Origin: Clostridia bacterium
GTDB lineage: Bacteria; Bacillota; Clostridia; HGM11514
Assembly (NCBI GenBank): GCA_045594525.1
Contig: JAZNYR010000132.1
Coordinates: 1 to 31,327, forward strand
Direction of reading: 5' to 3'
Length of the DNA stretch: 31,327 nt
The notes under the pieces were generated by a model. The model saw only the letters and a program-made list of their open reading frames with translations. It had not been told where the DNA came from and did not search any database. Below, piece after piece: positions 9,301-18,394 of the stretch; within the stretch, counting starts at the first letter, position 1, and the number at the start of each line of letters is the position of its first letter. The position numbers and the translations under genes were made by a program.

Positions 9301-9327
9301 ATACTATGCAAAAACCACCTTTAATGT
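9301..9327 (-). promoter_or_regulatory. Mother-cell sporulation sigma (sigma-K/E-like) promoter
   Basis: Minus strand AC-N17-CATAGTAT matches the sigma-K consensus AC-N16/17-CATAnnnT. Confidence 0.5.
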
Positions 9328-9369
9328 CCCTTTCTGCTGAAAAATTCTCCTGTAATTTTTGAAAAAGTA

Positions 9370-9398
9370 TTGATAAAATTCGGAAAATATGATATGAT
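9370..9398 (+). promoter_or_regulatory. Sigma-A promoter of candidate ncRNA 1
   Basis: TTGATA-N17-TATGAT with extended -10 (TGaTATGAT); the predicted start (~9404-9405) coincides with the first base of the closing stem. Confidence 0.75.
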
Positions 9399-9403
9399 AA
9401 ATA

Positions 9404-9611
9404 TGCTAAACATAACTTAATATCATTTTGGGTAGGAATATTTTATGGGAATAATATATTCTTTCTTTTTCATACTATCTCTTAGACTTTTGCAAAAAAT
9501 GCAAATCTCCTTAGAGGTAGTATGGTTTCATTCCTACTCTTATTTAAGTTATGTTTAGCAACAGACGAGGTTTGCGTTTTTTATGCGTTGGCTTCGGCTG
9601 GCGCATTTTTT
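9404..9611 (+). ncRNA. Candidate structured ncRNA 1 (rod-shaped, homologous to 26848-27013)
   Basis: 17-bp perfect closing stem (9404-9420 / 9544-9560), 10-bp stem (9430-9439 / 9530-9539), 15-bp stem (9471-9485 / 9510-9524), terminator 9583-9611 with cUUCGg loop; G-U pairs work only on the + strand. Confidence 0.75.
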
Positions 9612-9634
9612 ATTGAGAAAAGAAGGAATGATTT

Positions 9635-10027
9635 ATGGTAAAATGTGTTTTAATAGGCGACGATATGACTTGTTTGGATACGGATGCAACGATTCGGATT
9701 GAGCGCCACATAGAAAACTTGATCAATCAGCACCAATCCATTGCATTTTATTACTCGCCAACCGATTTTTTTGGCATTTTTTGTAAATTGACCGTTGAAA
9801 GTACGATAAGACTTTATCATAATAAAACCATTTTAAAGTTTGAAGGAAAAATCACATCAAAAATAATAGAAGAAGCCAATTTTTGTATTACCTGTATTCC
9901 TCGGGAAACATTCTGTCCGGATATTGTGAATCAAATAGACAAAAGAAAGGCACAAGGATTGTTGGAAGAATTTGATACCATTCGTTCCTATGTGGAACCG
10001 GATTGGGAAAAGGTATTTCTTTTATAG
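9635..10027 (+). CDS. Hypothetical protein, possibly a divergent SLOG (YpsA/DUF1273-like) fold
   Basis: RBS AAGGA; N-terminal KCVLIGD resembles the xCxFxGH start of clostridial SLOG proteins, followed by ENLINQ..FYY and IIEEANFCIT. Weak similarity judged by eye only. Confidence 0.6.
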   Translation: MVKCVLIGDDMTCLDTDATIRIERHIENLINQHQSIAFYYSPTDFFGIFCKLTVESTIRLYHNKTILKFEGKITSKIIEEANFCITCIPRETFCPDIVNQIDKRKAQGLLEEFDTIRSYVEPDWEKVFLL

Positions 10028-10058
10028 AACATCATATTTTACAATTTTTTACTTACAA

Positions 10059-10097
10059 GAGGAAGTAGCGATTTTTTTGCTACACCCTCTTTTTTTT
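10059..10097 (+). terminator. Intrinsic terminator after the 130-aa gene
   Basis: Imperfect stem gagg..gtagc / gctac..cctc followed by a T run. Confidence 0.6.
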
Positions 10098-10117
10098 AAA
10101 ATTTTTTCCTATATTGG

Positions 10118-10146
10118 TTGATGTATTGGAAAATTTATGGTATAAT
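10118..10146 (+). promoter_or_regulatory. Sigma-A promoter of the secA operon
   Basis: TTGATG-N17-TATAAT with extended -10 (TGgTATAAT). Confidence 0.75.
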
Positions 10147-10221
10147 AAGATGATAGATATTTTATCTTCTCTTCCTGCGGAGAATTTTCAGAAATTAGCA
10201 GGAGAAGGGAAAGGAAATCAC

Positions 10222-12969
10222 ATGTTTAAAGCATTAGTTGAAAAGGTAATCGGCACCTATTCAGAGCGTGAAATCAAGCGGATTATCGGTACAGTAGATA
10301 AAATTGAAAGCTTAGAAGAAGAATACAAAGGGTTAACCGATGAAGAATTAAAAGCAAAAACCCCTTATTTAAAAGATCGGCTTGCAAAGGGAGAAACCTT
10401 AGATGACATTCTCCCCGAAGCCTTTGCAACAGTACGGGAGGCAGCTTGGCGTGTGCTGGGAATGCGTCATTTCCGCGTACAGCTCATGGGCGGTATTATC
10501 CTGCATCAGGGAAGAATTGCTGAAATGAAAACAGGGGAAGGAAAAACTCTGGTGGCAACCCTGCCCTCCTACTTAAATGCCTTAACGGGCAAGGGGGTAC
10601 ACATTGTTACAGTCAACGACTATCTTGCCAAGCGTGACAGCGAGTGGATGGGAAAAATCCATGAATTTTTAGGGTTAAAGGTAGGTCTGATTGTAAACGG
10701 GCTGGACAAAAACGAACGGAAAGAAGCTTACGAGGCGGACATTACTTACGGCACCAACAACGAATTTGGGTTTGACTATTTGAGAGATAACACCGTCATT
10801 TACAAAGAACGAATGGTGCAAAGAGGTCATTACTTTGCCATTGTGGACGAAGTGGACTCTATTTTGGTGGACGAAGCAAGAACTCCTTTGATTATTTCGG
10901 GTCAAGGAGATAAATCCAGCGAATTATATACTCAGGTGGATGCCTTTGTCCGGGGCTTACAAAAAACCAAGGTGATTGAGCTGAATAACAAGGAATCCCA
11001 GGACGACATGGAAGGGGATTATCTGGTGGATGAAAAAGCAAAAACCGCCACCCTAACCCCTGCGGGCACCAAAAAGGCAGAACGGTATTTCGGTGTGGAA
11101 AATTTAACCGACCCGGAAAACATTTCTCTCCTTCATCACATCAATGTTGCCATCCGTGCTTACGGCATTATGCAACGGGACATTGACTATGTGGTAAAAG
11201 ACGGGCAAGTGCTGATTGTGGATGAATTTACAGGCCGTATCATGAACGGCAGACGGTACAGCGAGGGTCTGCACCAGGCAATCGAAGCCAAGGAGCATGT
11301 GAAAATTGAAAACGAAAATAAGACTTTAGCAACCATCACCTTCCAGAATTATTTCAGACTATATGAAAAACTGTCAGGTATGACAGGGACTGCCCAAACA
11401 GAAGAAACGGAATTTCAGCAGATTTATAAGCTTGATGTTGTGGCAATTCCCACCAACAAGCCTGTGGCAAGAAAAGACCTGCCCGACCTGATTTATAAAA
11501 ACGAAGCAGGAAAATTCCGAGCAGTCATTCAGGATATTATTAAAACTCATCAAAAGGGTCAGCCTGTGCTGGTGGGTACCATTTCCATTGAAAAATCAGA
11601 GCTTTTGAGCCGTGAATTAAAGCGGGCGGGTGTGAAGCACGAAGTGTTAAACGCAAAGCACCATGAACGAGAAGCCCAGATAGTTGCCCAGGCGGGAAAA
11701 CCCGGTGCGGTTACCATTGCTACCAACATGGCAGGGAGAGGTACCGACATTGTGCTGGGCGGCAACGCAGAATTTATGGCAAGAAGTGAATTAAAACGGT
11801 TAGGCTTTTCTGAAAGCGCCATTTTGGAGGCAGACGGAAACGGGATTACAACAGACGAAGAAGTACTGGAGGCAAGAAAAACTTTCCATGAGCTGACCGA
11901 AAAATACAAGGAAGAGTTAAAACCGGAACGGGATGCGGTATTAGAGGCAGGCGGTCTTTATATCATCGGCACCGAACGGCACGAAAGCCGACGGATTGAC
12001 AATCAATTAAGAGGTCGTTCCGGCCGTCAGGGTGACCCGGGTCAGTCAAGATTTTATCTTTCTCTGGATGACGACCTGATGCGTCTGTTTGGCTCGGATA
12101 AAATGAAAACCATGGTCGAGGCCATGGGCTTAAAAGACGATGAGGCAATTGAAAACGGACTTCTGACCAAGCAGATTGAAGCCGCTCAACGAAGAGTGGA
12201 AGGCAGAAACTTTGACATTCGTAAAAATGTGTTAAACTACGACGATGTGTTAAATGTACAGCGTCAGAAGGTTTATTCGCAACGGCAACAGGTGTTGGAT
12301 TGTGCGGACATTCATGATAATGTAAAACGGATGATGCGGGATGTAATTACTGATTTTGTTCAGATGCACACCGCACAAAGCAACTACCCTGAAGAATGGG
12401 ATTTAAAAGCAATCATTGAGCATTTTGAATCTCTGTTCTTACAACCCGGTCAACTGACCTTTACCAGACAGGAAATTCAGGAGCTGACCAAAGATAGTCT
12501 CATTAACACTCTGGTAGAAGAAGCCTATGCGGCTTATGACAAAAAGGAACAGGAATCAGGAAGCGAAGTTCTCCGTGAATTTGAACGGGTGATTTTACTC
12601 CAGATTGTGGATAAAAACTGGATTGAGCATATTGAAAACATGGAGCAATTAAAGCAAGGCATTTTCCTTCGCGCCTTTGCCCAGCACGATCCTCTTGTGG
12701 AATACAAAATGGAAGGATCGGATATGTTTGACGAAATGAATGACAATATCCGCCGTGAAATGGTGGAAATGGCATTCCGTGTCCGCATTAAGCAAAATAT
12801 TCAAAGAGAGCAGGTTGCCTCCCCTGTGGAAAGCTCTCACGGTACAGGGGGAGAAAAGGTCAGCCGCACGGTTGTAAAGGCGCCCAAGGTAGGAAGAAAT
12901 GATCCCTGTCCCTGCGGTTCGGGCAAAAAGTATAAAAAATGCTGCGGAGCATCCGCAAGTGATGAATAA
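10222..12969 (+). CDS. secA: Preprotein translocase ATPase SecA
   Basis: [10 protein letters not shown] Walker [46 protein letters not shown]-terminal SEC-C motif [18 protein letters not shown]; start moved to ATG 10222 (AAGGA upstream). Confidence 0.98.
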   Translation: MFKALVEKVIGTYSEREIKRIIGTVDKIESLEEEYKGLTDEELKAKTPYLKDRLAKGETLDDILPEAFATVREAAWRVLGMRHFRVQLMGGIILHQGRIAEMKTGEGKTLVATLPSYLNALTGKGVHIVTVNDYLAKRDSEWMGKIHEFLGLKVGLIVNGLDKNERKEAYEADITYGTNNEFGFDYLRDNTVIYKERMVQRGHYFAIVDEVDSILVDEARTPLIISGQGDKSSELYTQVDAFVRGLQKTKVIELNNKESQDDMEGDYLVDEKAKTATLTPAGTKKAERYFGVENLTDPENISLLHHINVAIRAYGIMQRDIDYVVKDGQVLIVDEFTGRIMNGRRYSEGLHQAIEAKEHVKIENENKTLATITFQNYFRLYEKLSGMTGTAQTEETEFQQIYKLDVVAIPTNKPVARKDLPDLIYKNEAGKFRAVIQDIIKTHQKGQPVLVGTISIEKSELLSRELKRAGVKHEVLNAKHHEREAQIVAQAGKPGAVTIATNMAGRGTDIVLGGNAEFMARSELKRLGFSESAILEADGNGITTDEEVLEARKTFHELTEKYKEELKPERDAVLEAGGLYIIGTERHESRRIDNQLRGRSGRQGDPGQSRFYLSLDDDLMRLFGSDKMKTMVEAMGLKDDEAIENGLLTKQIEAAQRRVEGRNFDIRKNVLNYDDVLNVQRQKVYSQRQQVLDCADIHDNVKRMMRDVITDFVQMHTAQSNYPEEWDLKAIIEHFESLFLQPGQLTFTRQEIQELTKDSLINTLVEEAYAAYDKKEQESGSEVLREFERVILLQIVDKNWIEHIENMEQLKQGIFLRAFAQHDPLVEYKMEGSDMFDEMNDNIRREMVEMAFRVRIKQNIQREQVASPVESSHGTGGEKVSRTVVKAPKVGRNDPCPCGSGKKYKKCCGASASDE

Positions 12970-13001
12970 AGAAAGCGAATGAAGTAAAAGGAGTTGATAA
13001 T

Positions 13002-14115
13002 ATGTTAGAGTTCGACGAATCCCGCTTGACCTTGGCGGGTATGGAACAAGATATCAATGATTTGAGGGATTCACTTTGACGTTGCAGGCTTAAAAAAGCA
13101 GATTGCTGCATTGGAAGAACAGACCGTTCAACCCGGATTTTGGGATGATATGGAAAATTCCTCAAAAATTCTGCAAAAAACCAAGGGGTTAAAAGACCGT
13201 GTTGCCGCTTTTGAAGAATTGGACAACACCTGGCAGGATTTGACCGTTTTGGTGGAAATGGCAGATGAAGAGGAAGATTTATCCGTTTTAGATGAGGTAA
13301 AAAGCGGTGTTTCTTCTTTGATCGAACGGTTGGAACAGATGAAACTGGATACCCTTCTTTCCGGCCCCTATGACAAGAACAATGCCATTGTAACCCTTCA
13401 TGCAGGGGCAGGCGGAACGGAAGCTCAGGACTGGGCGGAAATGCTGTTCCGTATGTATGTCCGCTGGGCAGAACGCCGCGGATTTACCACAGAAACTCTA
13501 GATTTCCTTGCAGGAGATGAAGCAGGAATCAAGAGTGTTACCTTTATGATTTCAGGCTTAAATGCTTATGGCTATTCAAAAGCAGAAAAAGGGGTACACC
13601 GTCTGGTGCGTATCTCTCCTTTTGATGCTTCAGGACGGCGACACACCTCTTTTGCCTCCTTGGAAGTCATGCCCGAGCTTGATGACGATGTGAAAATTGA
13701 CATCAATCAAGACGATTTAAAAGTAGATACTTACCGTTCCAGCGGTGCGGGAGGGCAGCACATTAACAAAACCGACTCTGCCATCCGCATCACCCACATT
13801 CCCACAGGAATTGTGGTGGCTTGTCAGAACGAACGGTCACAGCACAAAAACCGTGATATTGCAATGAAAATGCTGATGGCAAAGCTGTTGGAATTAAAGG
13901 AACAGGAAAACAAGGAAAAAATCGAGGACTTGAAGGGCGAACAAAAGGAAATTGCCTGGGGCAGTCAGATTCGCTCCTATGTGTTCCATCCCTACAACCT
14001 GGTCAAGGACCACCGTACAGGCTTTGAAATGGGCAACATCGGCGCGGTTATGGACGGGGATTTGGACGGTTTTGTCAACGCTTATCTGAAGCAAAGTGTA
14101 AATAAGGGAGAATAA
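13002..14115 (+). CDS. prfB: Peptide chain release factor 2 (programmed +1 frameshift; join 13002-13076, 13078-14115)
   Basis: 25-codon leader MLEFDESRLTLAGMEQDINDLRDSL ends in CTT-TGA-C; the +1 frame contains the SPF recognition motif and GGQ. Confidence 0.97.
13065..13080 (+). other. RF2 programmed +1 ribosomal frameshift site
   Basis: AGGGAT-TCA-CTT-TGA-C: internal Shine-Dalgarno-like element 3 nt before the shifty CTT TGA. Confidence 0.93.
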
Positions 14116-14118
14116 ACC

Positions 14119-15189
14119 ATGTTTGATAAATTAGCAGGTCTGGAAACAAAGTTTCTGGATTTAAGTGATAAAATCAATGACCCGGCAGTGATTGCCGACC
14201 AAAGCCAGTGGCAAAAATATATGCGTGAACACGCAGAGCTCAGTCCCATTGTAGAGGCCTATCGAAATTATCGTCAGGCAAAAGAAGAGGCAGAAGAGGC
14301 GGAAGAAATTCTTCGGGAGGAATCGGACGGGGAATTAAAGCAGATGGCACAGATGCAGTTGGAGGAAGCAAAAGCGACCATTGAAACACTGTCAGAAGAA
14401 CTGAAAATTCTGCTCCTTCCCAAGGACCCCAACGACAACAAGAATGTTATTATTGAAATCCGCGGCGGTGCGGGCGGGGATGAGGCGGCCCTCTTTGCGG
14501 CAGAGCTGTTTCGGATGTATGCCCTGTATGCAGAAAGCAAACGGTGGAAAAGTGAAGTCCTTTCTTCCAGCCCCACAGACATTGGGGGATACAAAGAAGT
14601 TTCCTTCAGTATTGAGGGGGCGGGTGCCTACAGCAAACTGAAATTTGAAAGCGGTGTTCACCGTGTACAAAGAATCCCTGCCACCGAATCAGGCGGACGG
14701 ATTCACACCTCTACCGTAACGGTAGCGGTACTGCCTGAAGTGGAAGAAGTGGAAGTAGAAATTAACCCTAACGACCTGCGGATTGATGTATTCCGTGCGG
14801 GAGGTCCCGGGGGACAGTGTGTTAACACCACCGACTCGGCAGTACGGATTACCCACCTTCCCACAGGAATCGTGGTTTCCTGTCAGGATGAAAAATCACA
14901 ACACAAAAATAAAGATAAGGCAATGAAAATTCTGCGTTCCCGTGTTTATGAGGAAGAGCAATCCAGACAGCACGCGGAAATTGCGGCAGAACGAAAAAGT
15001 CAAGTGGGAACAGGGGATCGAAGTGAACGAATCAGAACCTACAACTTCCCCCAAGGTCGTGTAACCGACCACAGAATCGGCTTGACTCTGCATAAATTAG
15101 AGGCCGTTTTAGGCGGTACTCTGGACGAAATTATTGACGCTCTGATTACAGAGGACCAGAGCAGAAAACTGGCAGCATCCGAAGAATAA
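14119..15189 (+). CDS. prfA: Peptide chain release factor 1
   Basis: [27 protein letters not shown] (PxT motif), [22 protein letters not shown]. Confidence 0.98.
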   Translation: MFDKLAGLETKFLDLSDKINDPAVIADQSQWQKYMREHAELSPIVEAYRNYRQAKEEAEEAEEILREESDGELKQMAQMQLEEAKATIETLSEELKILLLPKDPNDNKNVIIEIRGGAGGDEAALFAAELFRMYALYAESKRWKSEVLSSSPTDIGGYKEVSFSIEGAGAYSKLKFESGVHRVQRIPATESGGRIHTSTVTVAVLPEVEEVEVEINPNDLRIDVFRAGGPGGQCVNTTDSAVRITHLPTGIVVSCQDEKSQHKNKDKAMKILRSRVYEEEQSRQHAEIAAERKSQVGTGDRSERIRTYNFPQGRVTDHRIGLTLHKLEAVLGGTLDEIIDALITEDQSRKLAASEE

Positions 15190-15213
15190 CAAACAGAAAG
15201 AAGATGGAGCAGT

Positions 15214-16257
15214 ATGCAAATCATTCGGGTAACAAATGAGTTTGACAAGCTGGAACCTGCAGCTCAAATCATCCGTCAGGGCGGATTGGTGGCATTTCCT
15301 ACCGAAACGGTGTACGGTCTTGGTGCCAATGCTTTTTTGGGAGAAGCCGTTGCAAACATATTTAAGGCCAAGGGCAGACCTTCGGATAATCCTTTGATTG
15401 TGCACATTTCAGACCTTTCTCAATTAGAGGATATTGTAAGCCATATTCCGGAAAAAGCAAAATTATTAATGGACCGGTTCTGGCCGGGTCCCCTCACTTT
15501 GATTTTGCCCAAAAAGGAAAACATCCCCGATGAAGTCACGGCGGGACTTTCTACCGTGGGAGTGCGGTTTCCCAAGCACCCTGTGGCACAGGCGTTTATT
15601 TCCATGGCAGGTGTTCCCATTGCGGCACCCTCTGCCAATACCTCAGGAAAACCAAGCCCTACCACTGCACAACATGTAATCGACGATTTGTTCGGCAAAA
15701 TAGATGCGGTGATTGACGGTGGAGCTGCCAATGTGGGCTTAGAATCTACCATTGTGGATGTAAGCGGGGAAATTCCCGTTCTTCTTCGTCCGGGGGGCAT
15801 TACCTATGAACAGCTTTGTGAAGTATTAGGAGAGGTTGCCTTAGGGCAAAGTGTAACCGAGCAGTTATCGGCAAATGCAACTGCCATTGCACCGGGAATG
15901 AAATACCCTCATTATTCCCCCAATGCCCAAGTCATTGTGTTAAAAGGAACGGATGAGGCGCTAATCCGTTATATCAATCAGCAAATCAGAAATCAGCACA
16001 GTCTGGGAAAAAGGGTGGGTGCTATGGTTTATACCCAGATTTTACCCCATATTCTCCAGGCAGATGTGCTGTTATCCTTAGGAGATATTCACCACCGTTC
16101 TTCCGCAGCGGCACATTTATTTTCCTACTTGCGTACCTTTGATGAACAGGGAGTAGAGGTTGTGTACGCCCAGGATTGCGGCGAAACAGGCATCGGCCTT
16201 GCCATTTCCAATCGTTTGAACAAAGCGGCAGGATACGAAATTGTAGAGGTAAACTAA
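15214..16257 (+). CDS. sua5: L-threonylcarbamoyladenylate synthase (Sua5/YwlC type, YrdC + SUA5 domains)
   Basis: VAFPTETVYGLGANA, KGRPSDNPLIVH, AAPSANTSGKPSPT, APGMKYPHYSP. Confidence 0.95.
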   Translation: MQIIRVTNEFDKLEPAAQIIRQGGLVAFPTETVYGLGANAFLGEAVANIFKAKGRPSDNPLIVHISDLSQLEDIVSHIPEKAKLLMDRFWPGPLTLILPKKENIPDEVTAGLSTVGVRFPKHPVAQAFISMAGVPIAAPSANTSGKPSPTTAQHVIDDLFGKIDAVIDGGAANVGLESTIVDVSGEIPVLLRPGGITYEQLCEVLGEVALGQSVTEQLSANATAIAPGMKYPHYSPNAQVIVLKGTDEALIRYINQQIRNQHSLGKRVGAMVYTQILPHILQADVLLSLGDIHHRSSAAAHLFSYLRTFDEQGVEVVYAQDCGETGIGLAISNRLNKAAGYEIVEVN

Positions 16258-16661
16258 TGAATGTATTGTTTGTTTGTACCGGAAACACCTGCAGAAGTCC
16301 CATGGCGCAGGCGATTTATGAGCATATTACAGGAAACAAAGCCAAATCGGGCGGTTTAGGGGTATCGTCCCCTCAGCCTGTCAGCGAGTACGCTCTTGCG
16401 GCGTTAGAAAACATGGGCATTAACGGCTTTTCTCATCTTTCTTATCAGATTACTCCCAAAGATGTAGAGGAGGCAGATGTAATTTATGTAATGACCAAAA
16501 TGCACAAACAAATTTTGGTTACCGTCTGCCCCGAATATGCAGATAAGATTCGTCTTTTGGGCGGGGAGCGGGACATCGCAGACCCTTACGGCGGGTCGTT
16601 ACAGCAGTATTTGTCTTGCTGTGAAGAAATCGAAAGCTGCATTCGGAGAGAGTTATGTTAA
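16257..16661 (+). CDS. ywlE: Low-molecular-weight protein phosphatase, YwlE-type arginine phosphatase
   Basis: P-loop CTGNTCRS (Thr variant characteristic of arginine phosphatases), DIADPYGG; ATG overlaps the sua5 stop; same order as B. subtilis ywlC...ywlE. Confidence 0.8.
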   Translation: MNVLFVCTGNTCRSPMAQAIYEHITGNKAKSGGLGVSSPQPVSEYALAALENMGINGFSHLSYQITPKDVEEADVIYVMTKMHKQILVTVCPEYADKIRLLGGERDIADPYGGSLQQYLSCCEEIESCIRRELC

Positions 16662-17107
16662 TTTTTGAAGCAACGAAAGAACATTTACAAACACTTCATG
16701 AAATTGAGCAGGTTTGTTTTTCCCATCCCTGGTCAAAAGATTCCCTGTTGTCAGAGCTTACTTCTCAAAACACCGTTAGTCTGGCGGTAAAAATTGAGGA
16801 AGAAATAGCGGGTTTTTGCTTTTTGTCTGTCATTGCAGGGGAAGGAACGGTGTTGCAAGTGGCAGTTTTGCCTGCGCACAGAAGAAAAGGATTGGGAAAA
16901 CAGCTGACCGCTTCTGCCCTACAACAGGCAGAAGAAAGAGGGGCAGAGGTTGTTTTTTTAGAAGTCCGAGTCAGCAATGCTGCTGCCAAAGGTCTGTACG
17001 AATCTCTTGGATTTAAAGAAATTGCCGTCAGAAAAGGATATTATCGAGACGGAGAAACAGCAATTATTATGCAATGGAGGAAACAAAATGAAAATTCTGG
17101 CAATTGA
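16655..17107 (+). CDS. rimI: Ribosomal protein N-acetyltransferase RimI (GNAT)
   Basis: HPWS, QVAVLPAHRRKGLG, FLEVRVSNAAAKGLYESLGF, RKGYY; directly upstream of tsaD. Confidence 0.88.
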   Translation: MLIFEATKEHLQTLHEIEQVCFSHPWSKDSLLSELTSQNTVSLAVKIEEEIAGFCFLSVIAGEGTVLQVAVLPAHRRKGLGKQLTASALQQAEERGAEVVFLEVRVSNAAAKGLYESLGFKEIAVRKGYYRDGETAIIMQWRKQNENSGN

Positions 17108-18083
17108 GTCTTCCTGCGACGAAACTGCCGCAGCGATAGTGGAGGACGGAAGAAAGGTACTGAGTGATATTATCGCATCTTCCGCAGAATTGCATAAATT
17201 ATACGGCGGCGTGGTTCCCGAAATTGCATCCAGAAAACATCTGGAATGTATTTCTCAAGTGGTAAATGAGGCTTTGTCTCAGGCAAAGATTACTTTTCAT
17301 GAAATTGATGCCGTTGCCGTCACCTACGGCCCCGGCTTAATCGGCGCCTTGTTAGTGGGCGTTTCTTATGCGAAGGCTTTGGCCTTTGCCTTACAAAAAC
17401 CGTTGGTGGCGGTGCATCACATTAAAGCACATTTGGCCGCCAATTATATTGAACACCCTGATCTGACCCCTCCCTATGTGGGATTGGTAGCATCGGGAGG
17501 GCACAGCCATATTGTGTACGCCTCTGATTGGGTGGATTTTGAAGTACTGGGAAGAACCCGTGATGATGCGGCAGGGGAAGCCTTTGACAAGGTGGCAAGA
17601 ACCATCGGCCTTGGGTATCCGGGAGGTCCTTTATTGGAGCAACTGGCACGAGAAGGAAATCCTCACGCGTACGAGTTTCCCAGAGTGCAGTTTGATAATT
17701 TTGATTTTAGCTTCAGCGGTGTGAAAACCGCTGTCATTAATACCATGCACAAAGCAGAGCAAAAAGGAGAAACCATTAACACAGCTGATGTGGCGGCATC
17801 CGTTCAGTGTGCGGCGGCAGATGTTTTGGTTGCTCATACGCTTGCGGCGGCAAAAGAAAAAGGCGTCAAAACCGTTGTAATGGCAGGGGGCGTTTCTGCC
17901 AACGGTTATTTACGCCAACGGTTTACAGACGCATGTAAGGAACAAGGTTTTACCTTCCTTTGTCCTCGACCCAGATATTGTACGGATAACGGGGTGATGG
18001 TTGGTGCAGCCAGCTTTTTTATGGCACAAAAAGGAGACTTTTGCTCCCTGGACGAAAATGCATACGCCACATTGCCATTCTAA
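17088..18083 (+). CDS. tsaD: tRNA N6-adenosine threonylcarbamoyltransferase TsaD
   Basis: LAIESSCDET, YGGVVPEIASRKH, GPGLIGAL, HHIKAH, SGGH, TRDDAAGEAFDK, FSFSG, CTDNG; start moved to ATG 17088 (GGAGG upstream). Confidence 0.97.
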   Translation: MKILAIESSCDETAAAIVEDGRKVLSDIIASSAELHKLYGGVVPEIASRKHLECISQVVNEALSQAKITFHEIDAVAVTYGPGLIGALLVGVSYAKALAFALQKPLVAVHHIKAHLAANYIEHPDLTPPYVGLVASGGHSHIVYASDWVDFEVLGRTRDDAAGEAFDKVARTIGLGYPGGPLLEQLAREGNPHAYEFPRVQFDNFDFSFSGVKTAVINTMHKAEQKGETINTADVAASVQCAAADVLVAHTLAAAKEKGVKTVVMAGGVSANGYLRQRFTDACKEQGFTFLCPRPRYCTDNGVMVGAASFFMAQKGDFCSLDENAYATLPF

Positions 18084-18180
18084 TGTTATGTAAACCACAG
18101 AAAATGGAAATAAAAGGATATAAAAAAACCCTATTTTTGCATAAAAATTCAAGAAAATGGAAAAGTTTTCTTTAAAAAAA

Positions 18181-18332
18181 TGTGGATAACTTTAAAAAGA
18201 TTAGGAAAATTCACTCTTTGATTGTGGATAACTTTGTGGATATGTTGATTACTTTTGCAAAAAACAGCCTATTTTTAAAAAATCTGTTTTCTTGTGGTTG
18301 ATTTTTTTTGACCACAAGATATAGTATCCACC
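18181..18332. promoter_or_regulatory. DnaA-box cluster (plus one NrdR-box-like 16-mer) upstream of rex
   Basis: Perfect TGTGGATAA at 18181 and 18223; one mismatch at 18235; two mismatches at 18243, 18293 and 18324; CCACAAGATATAGTAT at 18312-18327. Confidence 0.65.
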
Positions 18333-18394
18333 AAAAATAAATAGAAAAAATTTACAGAAAAAAGAGGTTAACATAATAATTTGGAGGTATGGAG

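Noticed and set aside
9404-9611. Assignment as 6S RNA or retron msr-msd
   Set aside because: The internal loops are strongly asymmetric (about 31 vs 5 nt), conservation with the paralog is at the apex and tail rather than a central bubble, the paralog rod is only ~112 nt, and no reverse transcriptase is in the window. Not fully excluded without an Rfam search.
18091-18360. Chromosomal oriC
   Set aside because: No dnaA, dnaN or gidA neighbours, no clear DnaA-trio run, and gene orientation does not switch here.
18280-18390. Rex autoregulatory operator
   Set aside because: No match to TTGTGAA-N4-TTCACAA or TTGTTAA-N4-TTAACAA; the TTGTGGT/ACCACAA repeat has a 12-nt spacer.
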